A stretch of 64,000 bases of DNA, from the NCBI GenBank assembly GCA_016866255.1, contig VGMY01000008.1, forward strand, positions 16,266 to 80,265, read 5' to 3'. Shown here piece after piece: positions 29,147 to 39,116 of this stretch. The translations under genes were made by a program, and so were the position numbers. Numbering within the stretch: the stretch's first letter is position 1; the number at the start of each line of letters is the position of its first letter. This DNA is from Bacteroidota bacterium. GTDB taxonomy: Bacteria > Bacteroidota > Bacteroidia > Flavobacteriales_D > Crocinitomicaceae. The notes under the pieces are model-generated. The model saw nothing but the letters and a program-made list of their open reading frames with translations, did no database searches and was not told the origin of the DNA.

Positions 29147-29428
29147 ATGGCCAATAAAAGAACCTTAAAAAAACAAATCAATGCCGTGATTTCTGACGTG
29201 ATTGATGAGTGTATTTATATTCAAGAAACGCAAAAGAACAAAGCGCAACCTGCTGAGAAACTCATCGATGAGGCGGTAGCCTTTTACAACGACTTAATCG
29301 CACGAGTACATGCAGGGAAAAACAAGGTGGATTTTGATTCCATATGGAATGATTTGAACGATAAGTCAGAGGTCTTTTTAGAAAGCCTCAATGCCTTGAG
29401 TGCTAGTAAAAATGAAAAAGGGGCCTAA
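29147..29428 (+). CDS. Hypothetical small protein
   Basis: ATG at 29147 (MANKRTLKKQ). The stop codon sits in the loop of the terminator hairpin. Confidence 0.5.
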   Translation: MANKRTLKKQINAVISDVIDECIYIQETQKNKAQPAEKLIDEAVAFYNDLIARVHAGKNKVDFDSIWNDLNDKSEVFLESLNALSASKNEKGA

Positions 29429-29440
29429 GCCCCTTTTTTT
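29415..29440. terminator. Bidirectional rho-independent terminator between convergent genes
   Basis: AAAAA-GGGGC-ctaa-GCCCC-TTTTTTT. GC stem at 29420..29424 and 29429..29433, flanked by an A-run and a T-run. Confidence 0.7.
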
Positions 29441-29657
29441 ATTGTTTTTCTCCGCTGCAGGATTTTTGCGCACCGCCTGAACAACATTTCTTTTGTTCCG
29501 TCGATGAACAAGATCCTTTTTTCTTCTTTTTCTTCTTCTTCTTCTTCTTATCATCATCAAGAACTTCCATTTTGGGATTTGCCTGCGCAGAATAAACTTT
29601 AAGAGCCATCCCACCCGTGAAAGTTAGTATAGCCAGAATTAACACTAATTTTTTCAT
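29439..29657 (-). CDS. Small secreted Lys-run / Cys-rich peptide (hypothetical)
   Basis: ATG 29657: MKKLVLILAILTFTGGMALKVYSAQA signal peptide, then NPKMEVLDDD-K11-GSCSSTEQKKCCSGGAQKSCSGEKQ. Confidence 0.45.
   Translation of the reverse strand: MKKLVLILAILTFTGGMALKVYSAQANPKMEVLDDDKKKKKKKKKKKGSCSSTEQKKCCSGGAQKSCSGEKQ
29517..29549 (-). repeat. Homopurine (AAG/AAA)11 tract encoding 11 consecutive lysines
   Basis: The plus strand reads TTT TTT CTT CTT TTT (CTT)6 and is followed by (ATC)3 encoding DDD. Confidence 0.9.
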
Positions 29658-29685
29658 GGTAAATTTTTTACAAAGGTACGATAAA

Positions 29686-30336
29686 TTACAACGTGGCAAG
29701 GATATCTTGGCGATTTTTAACAGATTGGCCTAAGACAACGTGAATTGTCGCATCCAACGGCAAAAAAACATCGACTCGGGAACCGAATTTTATAAATCCT
29801 AATTCTTCGCCACGATGCGCTACTTGATTTTCTTGGGCATAATAACAAATTCTCCTCGCCAGGGCACCCGCAATTTGACGCACTAACACTTTTTTGTGCT
29901 CATGGGTTTCAATGACGGTTGTGCTCCGTTCATTTTCGGTTGAACTTTTAGGGTGCCATGCAACGAGGTACTTCCCCGGGTGATACTTCGTGTAAATCAC
30001 TTTTCCATCCATGGGAAAGTAGTTTGCATGTACATTTAATGGAGACATGAATATTGAAATTTGACGACATTTACCAGCAATAAATTCGGACTCATGCACT
30101 TCCTCGATGACCACAATTTTACCGTCTGCAGGGCAGATAACTTGATTTTTTTCGGCATTAATAGTGCGGTATGGGACTCTGAAAAATTGGATAATCAATC
30201 CCAGAATAACCATCAGCACAAGAACTACGAAAAAGAAAAGCGGTGTCGGAAATACCTGGTTAGCAAAAATTCCTAATCCGGTAAGAAGTATGAAACTGTA
30301 AATAATGATGGTATATCCTTCGCGATGCAACTTCAT
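29686..30336 (-). CDS. psd: Phosphatidylserine decarboxylase proenzyme
   Basis: 216 aa with N-terminal TM helices and the FGSRVDV self-cleavage (G-S) motif. Confidence 0.85.
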   Translation of the reverse strand: MKLHREGYTIIIYSFILLTGLGIFANQVFPTPLFFFVVLVLMVILGLIIQFFRVPYRTINAEKNQVICPADGKIVVIEEVHESEFIAGKCRQISIFMSPLNVHANYFPMDGKVIYTKYHPGKYLVAWHPKSSTENERSTTVIETHEHKKVLVRQIAGALARRICYYAQENQVAHRGEELGFIKFGSRVDVFLPLDATIHVVLGQSVKNRQDILATL

Positions 30337-30339
30337 GTT

Positions 30340-31170
30340 CTACCAATAAAAATAAAGCATATACCAGCAGTAAAAAAAAGGTATGCTGAAAAGCGCTGCG
30401 TCAAAACGGTCTAAAATACCCCCATGACCCGGCAGAATTGAGCCACTATCCTTTACGTTCAAACTTCGCTTAAAAAGCGATTCCAATAAATCCCCAAAAA
30501 TGGCACCTAAACTGATTAAGATCGATGAGACCAACCAAAAATCAACGCGCCCTCTATTAACATAGGAACCTATGAGAACACCGATAATGATGGTGAATAC
30601 GACGCCACCCACGGTGCCTTCCCAGGTTTTTTTAGGCGAAATTCTCGAAAAAAGTTTCCTTTTTCCGAAATATCTGCCGGTGAAATAAGCCATGGAGTCA
30701 TTGGTCCAGATCAAGATAAACATCACGGCAACAGAGGAAAGATATTCCGTGTTTCGCAGGTTAAGGTCGATGCACAGGAAAAAAGGTATGGTAACATATA
30801 TGATCCCCATTAAAAGCAGTGAAATGTTGAGCAACGGAGAGCCGTGTTTTTTCCAGAGTTCAATGAGGATAAGGCTAAAAAAGAGAGGTGAAATAAGCGT
30901 AATTGAAATTACAGGGAGTATTTTCATGCTCATTCCAATTAACAACACGTAGATGAACAACCCAATGAAAATCCCCATTTCTTTGGAAATGCGCACTACA
31001 GAAATTCCTTCACACAAAGTGTAAAATTCCCACAATCCGAAAAGCATGAAAGAACTGAATACAACTCCTTGATAGAGGGGGCCCATCCAAATGGAGCCAA
31101 GAATTAGAACGCCAAGAAAAAATCCTGTAATTACACGCTGCTGCAAATTGCTCATGCGTTGTCGTTCCAT
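30340..31170 (-). CDS. cdsA: Phosphatidate cytidylyltransferase
   Basis: Polytopic. C-terminal signature SLFKRSLNVKDSGSILPGHGGILDRFD. Its start overlaps the ftsH stop (TAATG). Confidence 0.85.
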   Translation of the reverse strand: MERQRMSNLQQRVITGFFLGVLILGSIWMGPLYQGVVFSSFMLFGLWEFYTLCEGISVVRISKEMGIFIGLFIYVLLIGMSMKILPVISITLISPLFFSLILIELWKKHGSPLLNISLLLMGIIYVTIPFFLCIDLNLRNTEYLSSVAVMFILIWTNDSMAYFTGRYFGKRKLFSRISPKKTWEGTVGGVVFTIIIGVLIGSYVNRGRVDFWLVSSILISLGAIFGDLLESLFKRSLNVKDSGSILPGHGGILDRFDAALFSIPFFYCWYMLYFYW

Positions 31171-33224
31171 TATTGTTCCTCTTCAGTTGAGTTGGTTACC
31201 TGCGAATCCGGTTCCTGATTATTGGAGCTAGTAGGGGTTTCTCCGCCTGCCGCTTCGATGACATTCGCCGACGGATTGCTATCGATATCTTGCTCTGCTT
31301 TGGCTGCAGGAGCCTCAACCGGGTCCCAAATGCGCTTTCCGAATATGGACTCAAGGTTTTCCTTGAATATCACTTCATCAGTAAGAAGTTTTTCTGCCAA
31401 CTCGATGAGTTTATCTCGATTTTCTGTCAATAACCTCGAGGCTCTTTGGTATTGTGTTTCAATAAGTGACGATACTTCTTCGTCTATAATTTTGGCGGTA
31501 TCGTCAGAATACGGTTTTGTGAACATGTCTCGTCCTTGAGAATCGTAATAAGAAATGTTTCCAATACGCTTATTCAACCCGTAAATGGAAACCATCGCAT
31601 AGGCTTGCTTGGTTACCTTTTCTAGGTCACTCAGCGCTCCCGTGCTGATTTTTCCAAAAATTAATTCCTCCGCAGCACGCCCGCCCAACGCAGAACACAT
31701 TTGGTCCAGGAGTTGCTCGGTATTGATAATGCTTCGTTCTTCGGGTAAATACCATGCAGCACCGAGAGATTGACCACGGGGAACAATGGTAACTTTCACC
31801 AACGGAGAAGCGAATTGAAGCAACCATGAAATCGTTGCATGGCCGGCTTCATGAAATGCTATGGTTTTCTTTTCTTCTTGGGTGATGATTTTATTTTTCT
31901 TTTCCAGACCTCCTACAATGCGATCCACAGCATCTAAAAAATCTTGTTTACCCGCTTTCTTTTTGTCTTTTCTTGCGGCTATTAAGGCCGCTTCGTTGCA
32001 CAGGTTAGCGATGTCTGCACCACTAAAGCCTGGAGTCTGTTTCGATAAGAATTCAACGTCAACATCGTTTTCTAACTTCAGCGGTTTAAGGTGGACCTTG
32101 AAAATTTCTTTCCGCTCGTTTAAATCCGGCATGTCAACGTAAATCTGACGATCGAATCTTCCTGCCCGCAACAAGGCGCTGTCCAGCACATCTGCCCGGT
32201 TCGTGGCCGCCAAAATTATTACACCGCTGTTGGTGCCAAAACCGTCCATTTCGGTGAGCAATTGATTCAGCGTATTTTCGCGCTCATCGTTGGAATTAAA
32301 TCCGTTATTTTTTCCTCGCGCTCTGCCGATCGCATCAATTTCATCAATAAAGATTATCGAAGGGGATTTTTCTTTCGCTTGTCTAAATAAATCTCTTACC
32401 CTCGAAGCACCAACTCCCACAAACATTTCCACGAAATCAGATCCTGAAAGGGAAAAGAAAGGTACCTTGGCCTCGCCAGCAACAGCTTTTGCGAGGAGAG
32501 TTTTACCGGTTCCCGGAGGCCCTACCAATAAGGCGCCTTTCGGTATTTTAGCGCCGATATCGGTATATTTTTTAGGGTTCTTCAAAAACTCAACAATTTC
32601 GACAATTTCTTCTTTTGCGCCCTCAAGACCCGCAACGTCCTTAAATGTGACGTTGGTTGATTTGCCCTTTTCGTACAACTGAGCTTTGGACTTTCCGATA
32701 TTGAAAATTTGGCCGCCGCCGCCTCCGCCGCCACCTCCGGCCATTCTCCGCATGACGAAAAACCAAATCAAAAAGATAATTCCAAAGGGAAGCAGATAGG
32801 CCAGGATAGTACCGAGGTAATCCGTATCCGTATCTCGGTCGCAAGGGAAATTTCGCTCTTTCTCCAGACTGTTTTCAAAATTTCCCAGATCCCCAATATT
32901 TTCCAGTACGATGACTTTTTTCTTTTGTTTTTCGATTGAATTCAGCTTTTTAAGTTCATTCCAAATTTTTGGAAACTCTCCTTTCTGTTGAGACTTGGAC
33001 AATTCAACACCCCTGGCATTCAATAAAAAGTCAGCGCGGTTGTTATTTATGATGGTGATTTTAGCAACACCGGACGAGTCGACTAAATCAAACAAGGTTT
33101 GTTTCCGGTCAATCGTAATTTTCGAGTCGGAGCCATAAAACAATTGAATTGCAATGAACGCCACACCAGCAAGCGCATAGATCCAATAAACGGAAAACCC
33201 CCCTTTTTTATTTTTGTCAGACAT
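31170..33224 (-). CDS. ftsH: ATP-dependent zinc metalloprotease FtsH
   Basis: Walker [12 protein letters not shown] region and HEAGHA zinc motif; 684 aa. Confidence 0.95.
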   Translation of the reverse strand: MSDKNKKGGFSVYWIYALAGVAFIAIQLFYGSDSKITIDRKQTLFDLVDSSGVAKITIINNNRADFLLNARGVELSKSQQKGEFPKIWNELKKLNSIEKQKKKVIVLENIGDLGNFENSLEKERNFPCDRDTDTDYLGTILAYLLPFGIIFLIWFFVMRRMAGGGGGGGGGQIFNIGKSKAQLYEKGKSTNVTFKDVAGLEGAKEEIVEIVEFLKNPKKYTDIGAKIPKGALLVGPPGTGKTLLAKAVAGEAKVPFFSLSGSDFVEMFVGVGASRVRDLFRQAKEKSPSIIFIDEIDAIGRARGKNNGFNSNDERENTLNQLLTEMDGFGTNSGVIILAATNRADVLDSALLRAGRFDRQIYVDMPDLNERKEIFKVHLKPLKLENDVDVEFLSKQTPGFSGADIANLCNEAALIAARKDKKKAGKQDFLDAVDRIVGGLEKKNKIITQEEKKTIAFHEAGHATISWLLQFASPLVKVTIVPRGQSLGAAWYLPEERSIINTEQLLDQMCSALGGRAAEELIFGKISTGALSDLEKVTKQAYAMVSIYGLNKRIGNISYYDSQGRDMFTKPYSDDTAKIIDEEVSSLIETQYQRASRLLTENRDKLIELAEKLLTDEVIFKENLESIFGKRIWDPVEAPAAKAEQDIDSNPSANVIEAAGGETPTSSNNQEPDSQVTNSTEEEQ

Positions 33225-33240
33225 ATTTTTCTTTATCTAT

Positions 33241-33615
33241 TTATTCGGCAATATCGGTCCTGACCGCATCTGCCCATAATTCTTCAATTTCGTAATAATT
33301 TCTCGCCTCTTTGTAAAATATATGAGCTACAACGTCTATATAATCTAAAAGTACCCACTCGCTATTTCTTTGTCCCTCAATATGCCAAGGTTTTTCTTTT
33401 AACGCTTTCCGGGTATACCGGGTTATGGCGTTTGTAATCCCTTCAACCTGCGTTGAGGATTCACCCGAGCACACAACGAAGAAATCACATACCCTGCTCT
33501 CCAACTCCCTCAAGTCTAAAACAACGATGTCTTTAGCTTTGTTCTCTTGCATTCCCTCAACAATGCACTTACTGAGCATTTCAGAAGGGGACGTGACAAT
33601 TTTTTTTTTCGCCAT
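33241..33615 (-). CDS. rsfS: Ribosome silencing factor RsfS
   Basis: 124 aa; DIVVLDL...CDFFVVCSG...WVLLDYIDVVAHIF pattern. Confidence 0.85.
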   Translation of the reverse strand: MAKKKIVTSPSEMLSKCIVEGMQENKAKDIVVLDLRELESRVCDFFVVCSGESSTQVEGITNAITRYTRKALKEKPWHIEGQRNSEWVLLDYIDVVAHIFYKEARNYYEIEELWADAVRTDIAE

Positions 33616-33689
33616 GTATTGGTTTTCGCTACAAAACTAATCCTAAATTTTAAATTTATCTTTGATTTATTTTTCGCAACAAGATCGTT

Positions 33690-34430
33690 ATGTCAATTTT
33701 TGGGAGCACCATCCATCGTTTAGATACCGTAGATTCCACGAACAATTATGCCAACCATCTAATAGAACACAATTTGGCAGAAAATGGAACGGTGGTTGTC
33801 GCAGATTTTCAAACTCAAGGTAAAGGCCAGCGAGATAAACAATGGTTAGCAGACCAAGGAATGAACCTCACCTGTTCTTTTGTGTTTTTTCCTGCCAATT
33901 TGTCCGCTGAGCGCGTTTATCTGATAAATTGTTGGGTTTCGTATTGCTTAATACAGCTTCTTAAAAAATTTGGGATATCATCAACGGTTAAATGGCCCAA
34001 CGACATTATGGTGGAAAACCATAAAATTGCGGGAATTTTGACGGAAGGGGTAATTCAGGGCGAAATGGTGAAAGTCGTAACCATTGGGGTTGGTTTGAAC
34101 GTAAACCAGGCGCATTTTGGCCATTTGCAGGCAACTTCGATGCGCCGTGAAACAGGAACCCTGTATTCTTTGGAGGAAATGCTATTGCTTTTATGCAATT
34201 TATTGAACGAGGTTCCTTTAGAATCTTTGCAAGAAATCCAATGGAGGGAAAAATACAAGGAGGCCATGTATGGCCTTGGTGAAACACATGCGTTCGTTTG
34301 CAATCACCAACGCTTGCAAGGCATTATCGAAGGTATTTCGAGCACTGGTCAGCTAGAAATCTTGGTCGAAGGAAAACGGCAAACGTATTCGCAAGGACAA
34401 ATTAATTTGGAGATTCCAACTGTTTTTTAA
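33690..34430 (+). CDS. birA: Biotin--[acetyl-CoA-carboxylase] ligase
   Basis: TQGKGQRDKQW glycine-rich loop and KWPNDI motif; 246 aa with no N-terminal HTH. Confidence 0.8.
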   Translation: MSIFGSTIHRLDTVDSTNNYANHLIEHNLAENGTVVVADFQTQGKGQRDKQWLADQGMNLTCSFVFFPANLSAERVYLINCWVSYCLIQLLKKFGISSTVKWPNDIMVENHKIAGILTEGVIQGEMVKVVTIGVGLNVNQAHFGHLQATSMRRETGTLYSLEEMLLLLCNLLNEVPLESLQEIQWREKYKEAMYGLGETHAFVCNHQRLQGIIEGISSTGQLEILVEGKRQTYSQGQINLEIPTVF

Positions 34431-34806
34431 GGTTCTTACCCATGTCGTTAAATAACGCTGTTAAAGGATTCTTGGCGAGCATTGCCACCATAGTTGGGGC
34501 TTCTCCGTTGAAATTCAGGTAACCTTCAACGCCAGATTTTATGGGATAAATGACAATTTGCAATGAAAAAGGGAATGGCGCTTTCGAGCCGCTCTTGTAA
34601 TTAATCCCTTCTTGAGTTTTGCTTTCAAACAACAAGGGTATAACGATTCCGCCTTGCACCTTAAATTCGCAACCCAATTCGTCGGCTTTGAATTCGGAAA
34701 TACGCTCTTGAGGTAAGAGAAATTCTATATTGGCCGGGACAGTTAAAAATTTTTCCACCTCTTCTATTCCGCACTGAATGAACAACGGTGTACTTTGAAT
34801 TTTCAT
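34402..34806 (-). CDS. Hypothetical protein
   Basis: 134-aa ORF with a 4-nt overlap onto the pyrE stop. Its 3' end overlaps the birA 3' end by 29 nt. Confidence 0.5.
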   Translation of the reverse strand: MKIQSTPLFIQCGIEEVEKFLTVPANIEFLLPQERISEFKADELGCEFKVQGGIVIPLLFESKTQEGINYKSGSKAPFPFSLQIVIYPIKSGVEGYLNFNGEAPTMVAMLAKNPLTALFNDMGKNLKKQLESPN

Positions 34807-35450
34807 ACCTCAGGATTCCAATCCGATGGAATTTGTCGCCATTTTTTCAAGGCATCTACATCGGTTTCGCGAATATATTCCAAGGCCAATGCTTGTTCAA
34901 TGAGGTGGTCGTAGTCTGTGAGTGTTATAAATGGGCAGTCGGCCTCGTCGAAGGCTCGCTGCGCCTGTTCGAACCCGTAAGAAAATATTGCAAGCAAACC
35001 ACGCACTTGAAGACCGGCTTTTTTCAGGGCATTGACACCTGAAAGACTACTACCGCCGGTAGAAATTAAATCCTCAACAACAATAACTTTCTGCCCAGCT
35101 TCGTAACTTCCCTCAATCAAATTTCCTAAGCCGTGTTCTTTCACATTACTGCGGACGTAGATGAATGGAATTCCAAGTTCTTGCGCTACAAGTACACCTT
35201 GAGGAATTCCACCCGTGGCTATTCCGGCTATTACATCTGGCTTTCCGTATTCTTTGTCAACAATTTCAGAAAATTTTTGACGGATAAAAGTACGAACCAT
35301 AGGAAAAGAAAGGGTTTTTCGATTGTCGCAATAGATGGGGGATTTCCATCCCGAAGCCCAGGTAAAAGGATTTTCCGGTTGTAATTTTACAGCCTTAATT
35401 TTTAGAAGCTCACCAGCAACCAGCATTGCGCTATCTTTGTCATAGATCAT
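34803..35450 (-). CDS. pyrE: Orotate phosphoribosyltransferase
   Basis: AVKLQPENPFTWASGWKSPIYCDNR and the PRPP-binding loop VIVVEDLISTGGS. Confidence 0.9.
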   Translation of the reverse strand: MIYDKDSAMLVAGELLKIKAVKLQPENPFTWASGWKSPIYCDNRKTLSFPMVRTFIRQKFSEIVDKEYGKPDVIAGIATGGIPQGVLVAQELGIPFIYVRSNVKEHGLGNLIEGSYEAGQKVIVVEDLISTGGSSLSGVNALKKAGLQVRGLLAIFSYGFEQAQRAFDEADCPFITLTDYDHLIEQALALEYIRETDVDALKKWRQIPSDWNPEV

Positions 35451-36054
35451 GGAGCAAAAGTATTTTGTTTTTACGGAAACTAAACGGCTTGATTTTTCGA
35501 GTTATCAACAAGACCAAGATTGGAAATCGTGGATAAATAAAAAGCCAATTTCTGAACATTTTCGGCGTTATTTAGAGTCCACAACAGACGAGATAATTCC
35601 GATGCCGGTGTCTTTTGAAAAATTCCGAATGGCGTTTCGCAATGTAGTTGCCGCAGGTGGTTTTGTATCCTGCGATCGCGATCTTCTCATGATTTTTAGA
35701 AACGGAAAATGGGATCTTCCAAAAGGATGGATGGAAACAGGAGAATACCCAATGCAAACCGCGCTGCGAGAAGTTCGTGAGGAATGCGGCCAACTTGATT
35801 TGACGATTTTAGCAGACCTACCCTTGAAAACGTATCATCTTTATTTCTCGAAAGGACAATATATATTCAAGGAGACGCATTGGTTTCGCATGAAAGCGGG
35901 GCACAACTCTGTGCTGTTTCCACAAAAAAAGGAGGGCATAACCAAGGTGGAATTTGTACCCGTTAATTCGGTGGATGCACGTTTGGAAAATAGCTATCCG
36001 ATGATTCGTTGGATTTGGGAATCCTTACGAGCCACTATTGAATTTATTGGTTAG
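35449..36054 (+). CDS. NUDIX hydrolase
   Basis: Nudix box GWMETGEYPMQTALREVREECG. The start at 35449 is uncertain; alternative ATGs lie about 150-180 nt downstream. Confidence 0.75.
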   Translation: MEQKYFVFTETKRLDFSSYQQDQDWKSWINKKPISEHFRRYLESTTDEIIPMPVSFEKFRMAFRNVVAAGGFVSCDRDLLMIFRNGKWDLPKGWMETGEYPMQTALREVREECGQLDLTILADLPLKTYHLYFSKGQYIFKETHWFRMKAGHNSVLFPQKKEGITKVEFVPVNSVDARLENSYPMIRWIWESLRATIEFIG

Positions 36055-36075
36055 TTTTGTGTAAAATTTAGCATA

Positions 36076-36453
36076 ATGAAACGTTGTGTGTTTTTAACAC
36101 TCCTCTTGATGCCTTTCATGTTGTTTTGCCAAAAGAAATCCCGTTTTATGGTCTTCAGCGCAATTGAAATTATTCGTCAAGATATCCCCTACGATTCCAA
36201 AGAATTATTTGTGTTTACGTTTAAAAATAAAGCAAAGAAACCGTTAATGATAGAGTCGGTCCAAACGAGCTGTGGGTGTACTACTGCAGAAAAGCCTGCT
36301 AGCCCGATTGCCAGAAATAAAAAAGGCCAAATCAGTGTTTCTTACGATACCAAGAGGGTTGGTCAATTTGTTAAATCCATTACGGTAACACCGAACATGG
36401 GGGATCCAGTAGTTCTCACCATTCGGGGAAATGTGCTACCCGAGAAGCAATAG
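36076..36453 (+). CDS. DUF1573 domain protein (secreted)
   Basis: Signal peptide, and SCGCTTAEKP (the CGCT motif) typical of DUF1573. Confidence 0.7.
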   Translation: MKRCVFLTLLLMPFMLFCQKKSRFMVFSAIEIIRQDIPYDSKELFVFTFKNKAKKPLMIESVQTSCGCTTAEKPASPIARNKKGQISVSYDTKRVGQFVKSITVTPNMGDPVVLTIRGNVLPEKQ

Positions 36454-36494
36454 CGAAATGGCGACTCAACTCACGAATCTTTTCTTTATTTCAC

Positions 36495-39116
36495 ATGGAA
36501 TTGCCCAAGACATATAATCCGGAATCCATCGAGGAAAAGTGGTATCACCACTGGATTGAAAAACAGTATTTTCGATCGCTCCCGGATGCTCGCGAACCCT
36601 ACACGGTCGTTATTCCACCGCCGAACGTTACGGGAGTTTTACACATGGGGCACATGCTCAACAATACCATTCAAGATGTGCTGGTTCGAAGGGCTCGAAT
36701 GTTGGGAAAAAATGCTTGTTGGGTTCCGGGAACAGATCACGCCTCGATTGCAACAGAAGCTAAGGTCGTACAGAAACTTAAACTTGAGGGCATCAATAAA
36801 TCGGATTTAACCCGAGAACAGTTTTTAGATCACGCTTTCGCCTGGAAAGATAAGCACGGCGGCATCATCCTTCAGCAACTCCGAAAATTAGGGGCTTCAT
36901 GCGATTGGGACAGAACGCATTTTACCATGGATACCCTGTATTCGGAGTCCGTTATTCGCGTCTTTGTCGATCTTTTCGAAAAAGGAAAAATTTATCGGGG
37001 CGTTCGGATGGTTAATTGGGATCCTGAGGCGCTAACTGCCGTATCGGATGAGGAGGTAGTATACAAGGAGGTCAATTCACGCCTGTTTTTTATTCGCTAT
37101 AAGGTCGAGGGCACAGTCGACGAATGGCTCACGGTGGCTACTACGCGCCCTGAGACGATTTTGGGAGATACCGCAGTTTGTGTCAACCCAGACGACATAC
37201 GATATGCCAATTATGTCGGTAAACGGGTTCAAGTTCCCCTGAGCGACCGATGGATTCCAATAATTGCAGACCCTTATGTTGATTCCACCTTTGGTACGGG
37301 GTGTCTCAAGGTGACCCCAGCCCATGACATTAACGACTACACCCTGGGAAAGACGCATAACTTATCGAGCATTGATTTGTTTAACGACAACGGCACCTTA
37401 AACACCAACGGATTGCATTACGAGGGGCTAGACCGTTTTGAGGTGCGTAAACTTATTTCGGCTGAGCTTCAGGAGAAAGGATATTTGGTGAAAACAGATG
37501 ACCACGTTAATAAGGTTGGTTTTTCGGAAAGGACCAACGCGGTAATTGAGCCTAAATTGTCCATTCAATGGTTTTTATCCATGAGCGAATTGTCAAAACC
37601 GGCGTTGGATAATGTCATGAACAATACCATTCGTTTTTATCCCGAAAAATTCAAAAATACGTATCGTCATTGGATGGAGAACATCAAGGATTGGTGTATA
37701 TCCAGACAGTTGTGGTGGGGACATCAGATTCCAGCATGGTACTACGGAACCGGACCCGATGATTTTATTGTAGCACATAATTCAAGCGAGGCCCTTGAAA
37801 AAGCAGGGGCTCGACTCGGCAGAACCCTTCACATTGAAGAACTCCGCCAAGATCAGGATGTGTTGGATACATGGTTTTCAAGCTGGTTGTGGCCGATATC
37901 CGTTTTTCGTGGGTTGAGCGACCCTGAAAACTCAGAGATTTCTTATTATTATCCAACTAACGACCTCGTCACAGCCCCAGAAATTATGTTTTTTTGGGTA
38001 GCTCGAATGATCATAGCCGGTTATGAATATCTTGGAGATTTACCTTTTCGCAACGTATATTTCACCGGCATTGTGCGGGACAAATTAGGAAGAAAAATGT
38101 CAAAGTCCCTCGGGAATTCTCCTGATCCCATTGATTTAATAAGGCAATTTGGTGCAGACGGAGTTCGTATTGGGGTATTAATTTCATCTCCTGCAGGGAA
38201 CGATCTTCCTTTCGATACGTCGCAATGCGAGCAGGGAAGAAACTTTGCCAACAAAATTTGGAATGCCCTTCGATTGATTTCCGGTTGGGAAGTTCGGGAG
38301 TTTGAGCAACCTGACCATTCAAAAGCAGCCATCGATTGGTTCCAGGCGCGATTGTCGACGACCTTAATAACCTTAAATGATTTATTCGATAAATTCCGAA
38401 TTTCTGAGGCGTTGATGGAGTCCTATAAGTTGGTCTGGGACGATTTCTGTTCGTGGTATTTAGAAATGATTAAGCCGGGTTATGAACAGCCGATTGACGC
38501 CAAAACGAAAGAGAAAACGTTAAGTTTTTTTGAGAGTTTGGTTAAAATATTACATCCTTTTATGCCTTTTGTTACCGAGGAAATTTGGCATTCTTTGAAA
38601 AACCGAGCTGATGGAGAAGACCTCGTGGTGAGCCATTGGCCATCTGTCGAACCACCGAATGAAGCAGTCTTGAATCAGATGCAAGCTTCTTTCGATGTGA
38701 TAACGGCGGTTCGGAATTTTCGCAAGGAACAGTCGGTAGGCAATAAAGTTAAACTTTCTTTGATTTATGTTGGAACGAAGAAAAATGTGATTGCATCCGT
38801 GGTTCTAAAAATGGCAAATTTAGTTTCCATATCGAGTCAAGATATGCCGCCAAGTCGAGCTAACTGCTTTATGATAGGGGGGGTGGAATATTTCATTCCT
38901 TTCGGTGAAATGGTTGATGTGGATGCAGAAAAGGAGAAAATTAGCCAAGAACTAACCTATTTGCGGGGCTTTCTTGCTTCAGTACAAGGGAAACTTAACA
39001 ATGAGCGTTTTGTGAACTCTGCTCCGAAAGCGGTGATTGATAACGAACGCAAAAAGGAATCGGACACCTTGCAGAAAATGGCCCTTTTGCAGGAACGAAT
39101 GACACGTCTGAATTAA
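36495..39116 (+). CDS. valS: Valine--tRNA ligase
   Basis: PPPNVTGVLHMGH (HIGH) and KMSKSLGN (KMSKS) motifs, with a C-terminal coiled coil; 873 aa. Confidence 0.95.
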   Translation: MELPKTYNPESIEEKWYHHWIEKQYFRSLPDAREPYTVVIPPPNVTGVLHMGHMLNNTIQDVLVRRARMLGKNACWVPGTDHASIATEAKVVQKLKLEGINKSDLTREQFLDHAFAWKDKHGGIILQQLRKLGASCDWDRTHFTMDTLYSESVIRVFVDLFEKGKIYRGVRMVNWDPEALTAVSDEEVVYKEVNSRLFFIRYKVEGTVDEWLTVATTRPETILGDTAVCVNPDDIRYANYVGKRVQVPLSDRWIPIIADPYVDSTFGTGCLKVTPAHDINDYTLGKTHNLSSIDLFNDNGTLNTNGLHYEGLDRFEVRKLISAELQEKGYLVKTDDHVNKVGFSERTNAVIEPKLSIQWFLSMSELSKPALDNVMNNTIRFYPEKFKNTYRHWMENIKDWCISRQLWWGHQIPAWYYGTGPDDFIVAHNSSEALEKAGARLGRTLHIEELRQDQDVLDTWFSSWLWPISVFRGLSDPENSEISYYYPTNDLVTAPEIMFFWVARMIIAGYEYLGDLPFRNVYFTGIVRDKLGRKMSKSLGNSPDPIDLIRQFGADGVRIGVLISSPAGNDLPFDTSQCEQGRNFANKIWNALRLISGWEVREFEQPDHSKAAIDWFQARLSTTLITLNDLFDKFRISEALMESYKLVWDDFCSWYLEMIKPGYEQPIDAKTKEKTLSFFESLVKILHPFMPFVTEEIWHSLKNRADGEDLVVSHWPSVEPPNEAVLNQMQASFDVITAVRNFRKEQSVGNKVKLSLIYVGTKKNVIASVVLKMANLVSISSQDMPPSRANCFMIGGVEYFIPFGEMVDVDAEKEKISQELTYLRGFLASVQGKLNNERFVNSAPKAVIDNERKKESDTLQKMALLQERMTRLN

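Noticed and set aside
32714-32740. GGC/GGA repeat tract in ftsH encoding nine glycines
   Set aside because: It is a coding low-complexity linker after the second TM helix of FtsH, a position where such linkers are common. It is in frame and unremarkable.
39113-39116. 4-nt convergent stop-codon overlaps (valS/ompA-like at 39113..39116; rpoD/priA at 61535..61538)
   Set aside because: These are short TTAA-type overlaps of convergent stops, common in compact genomes. No additional structure was seen.
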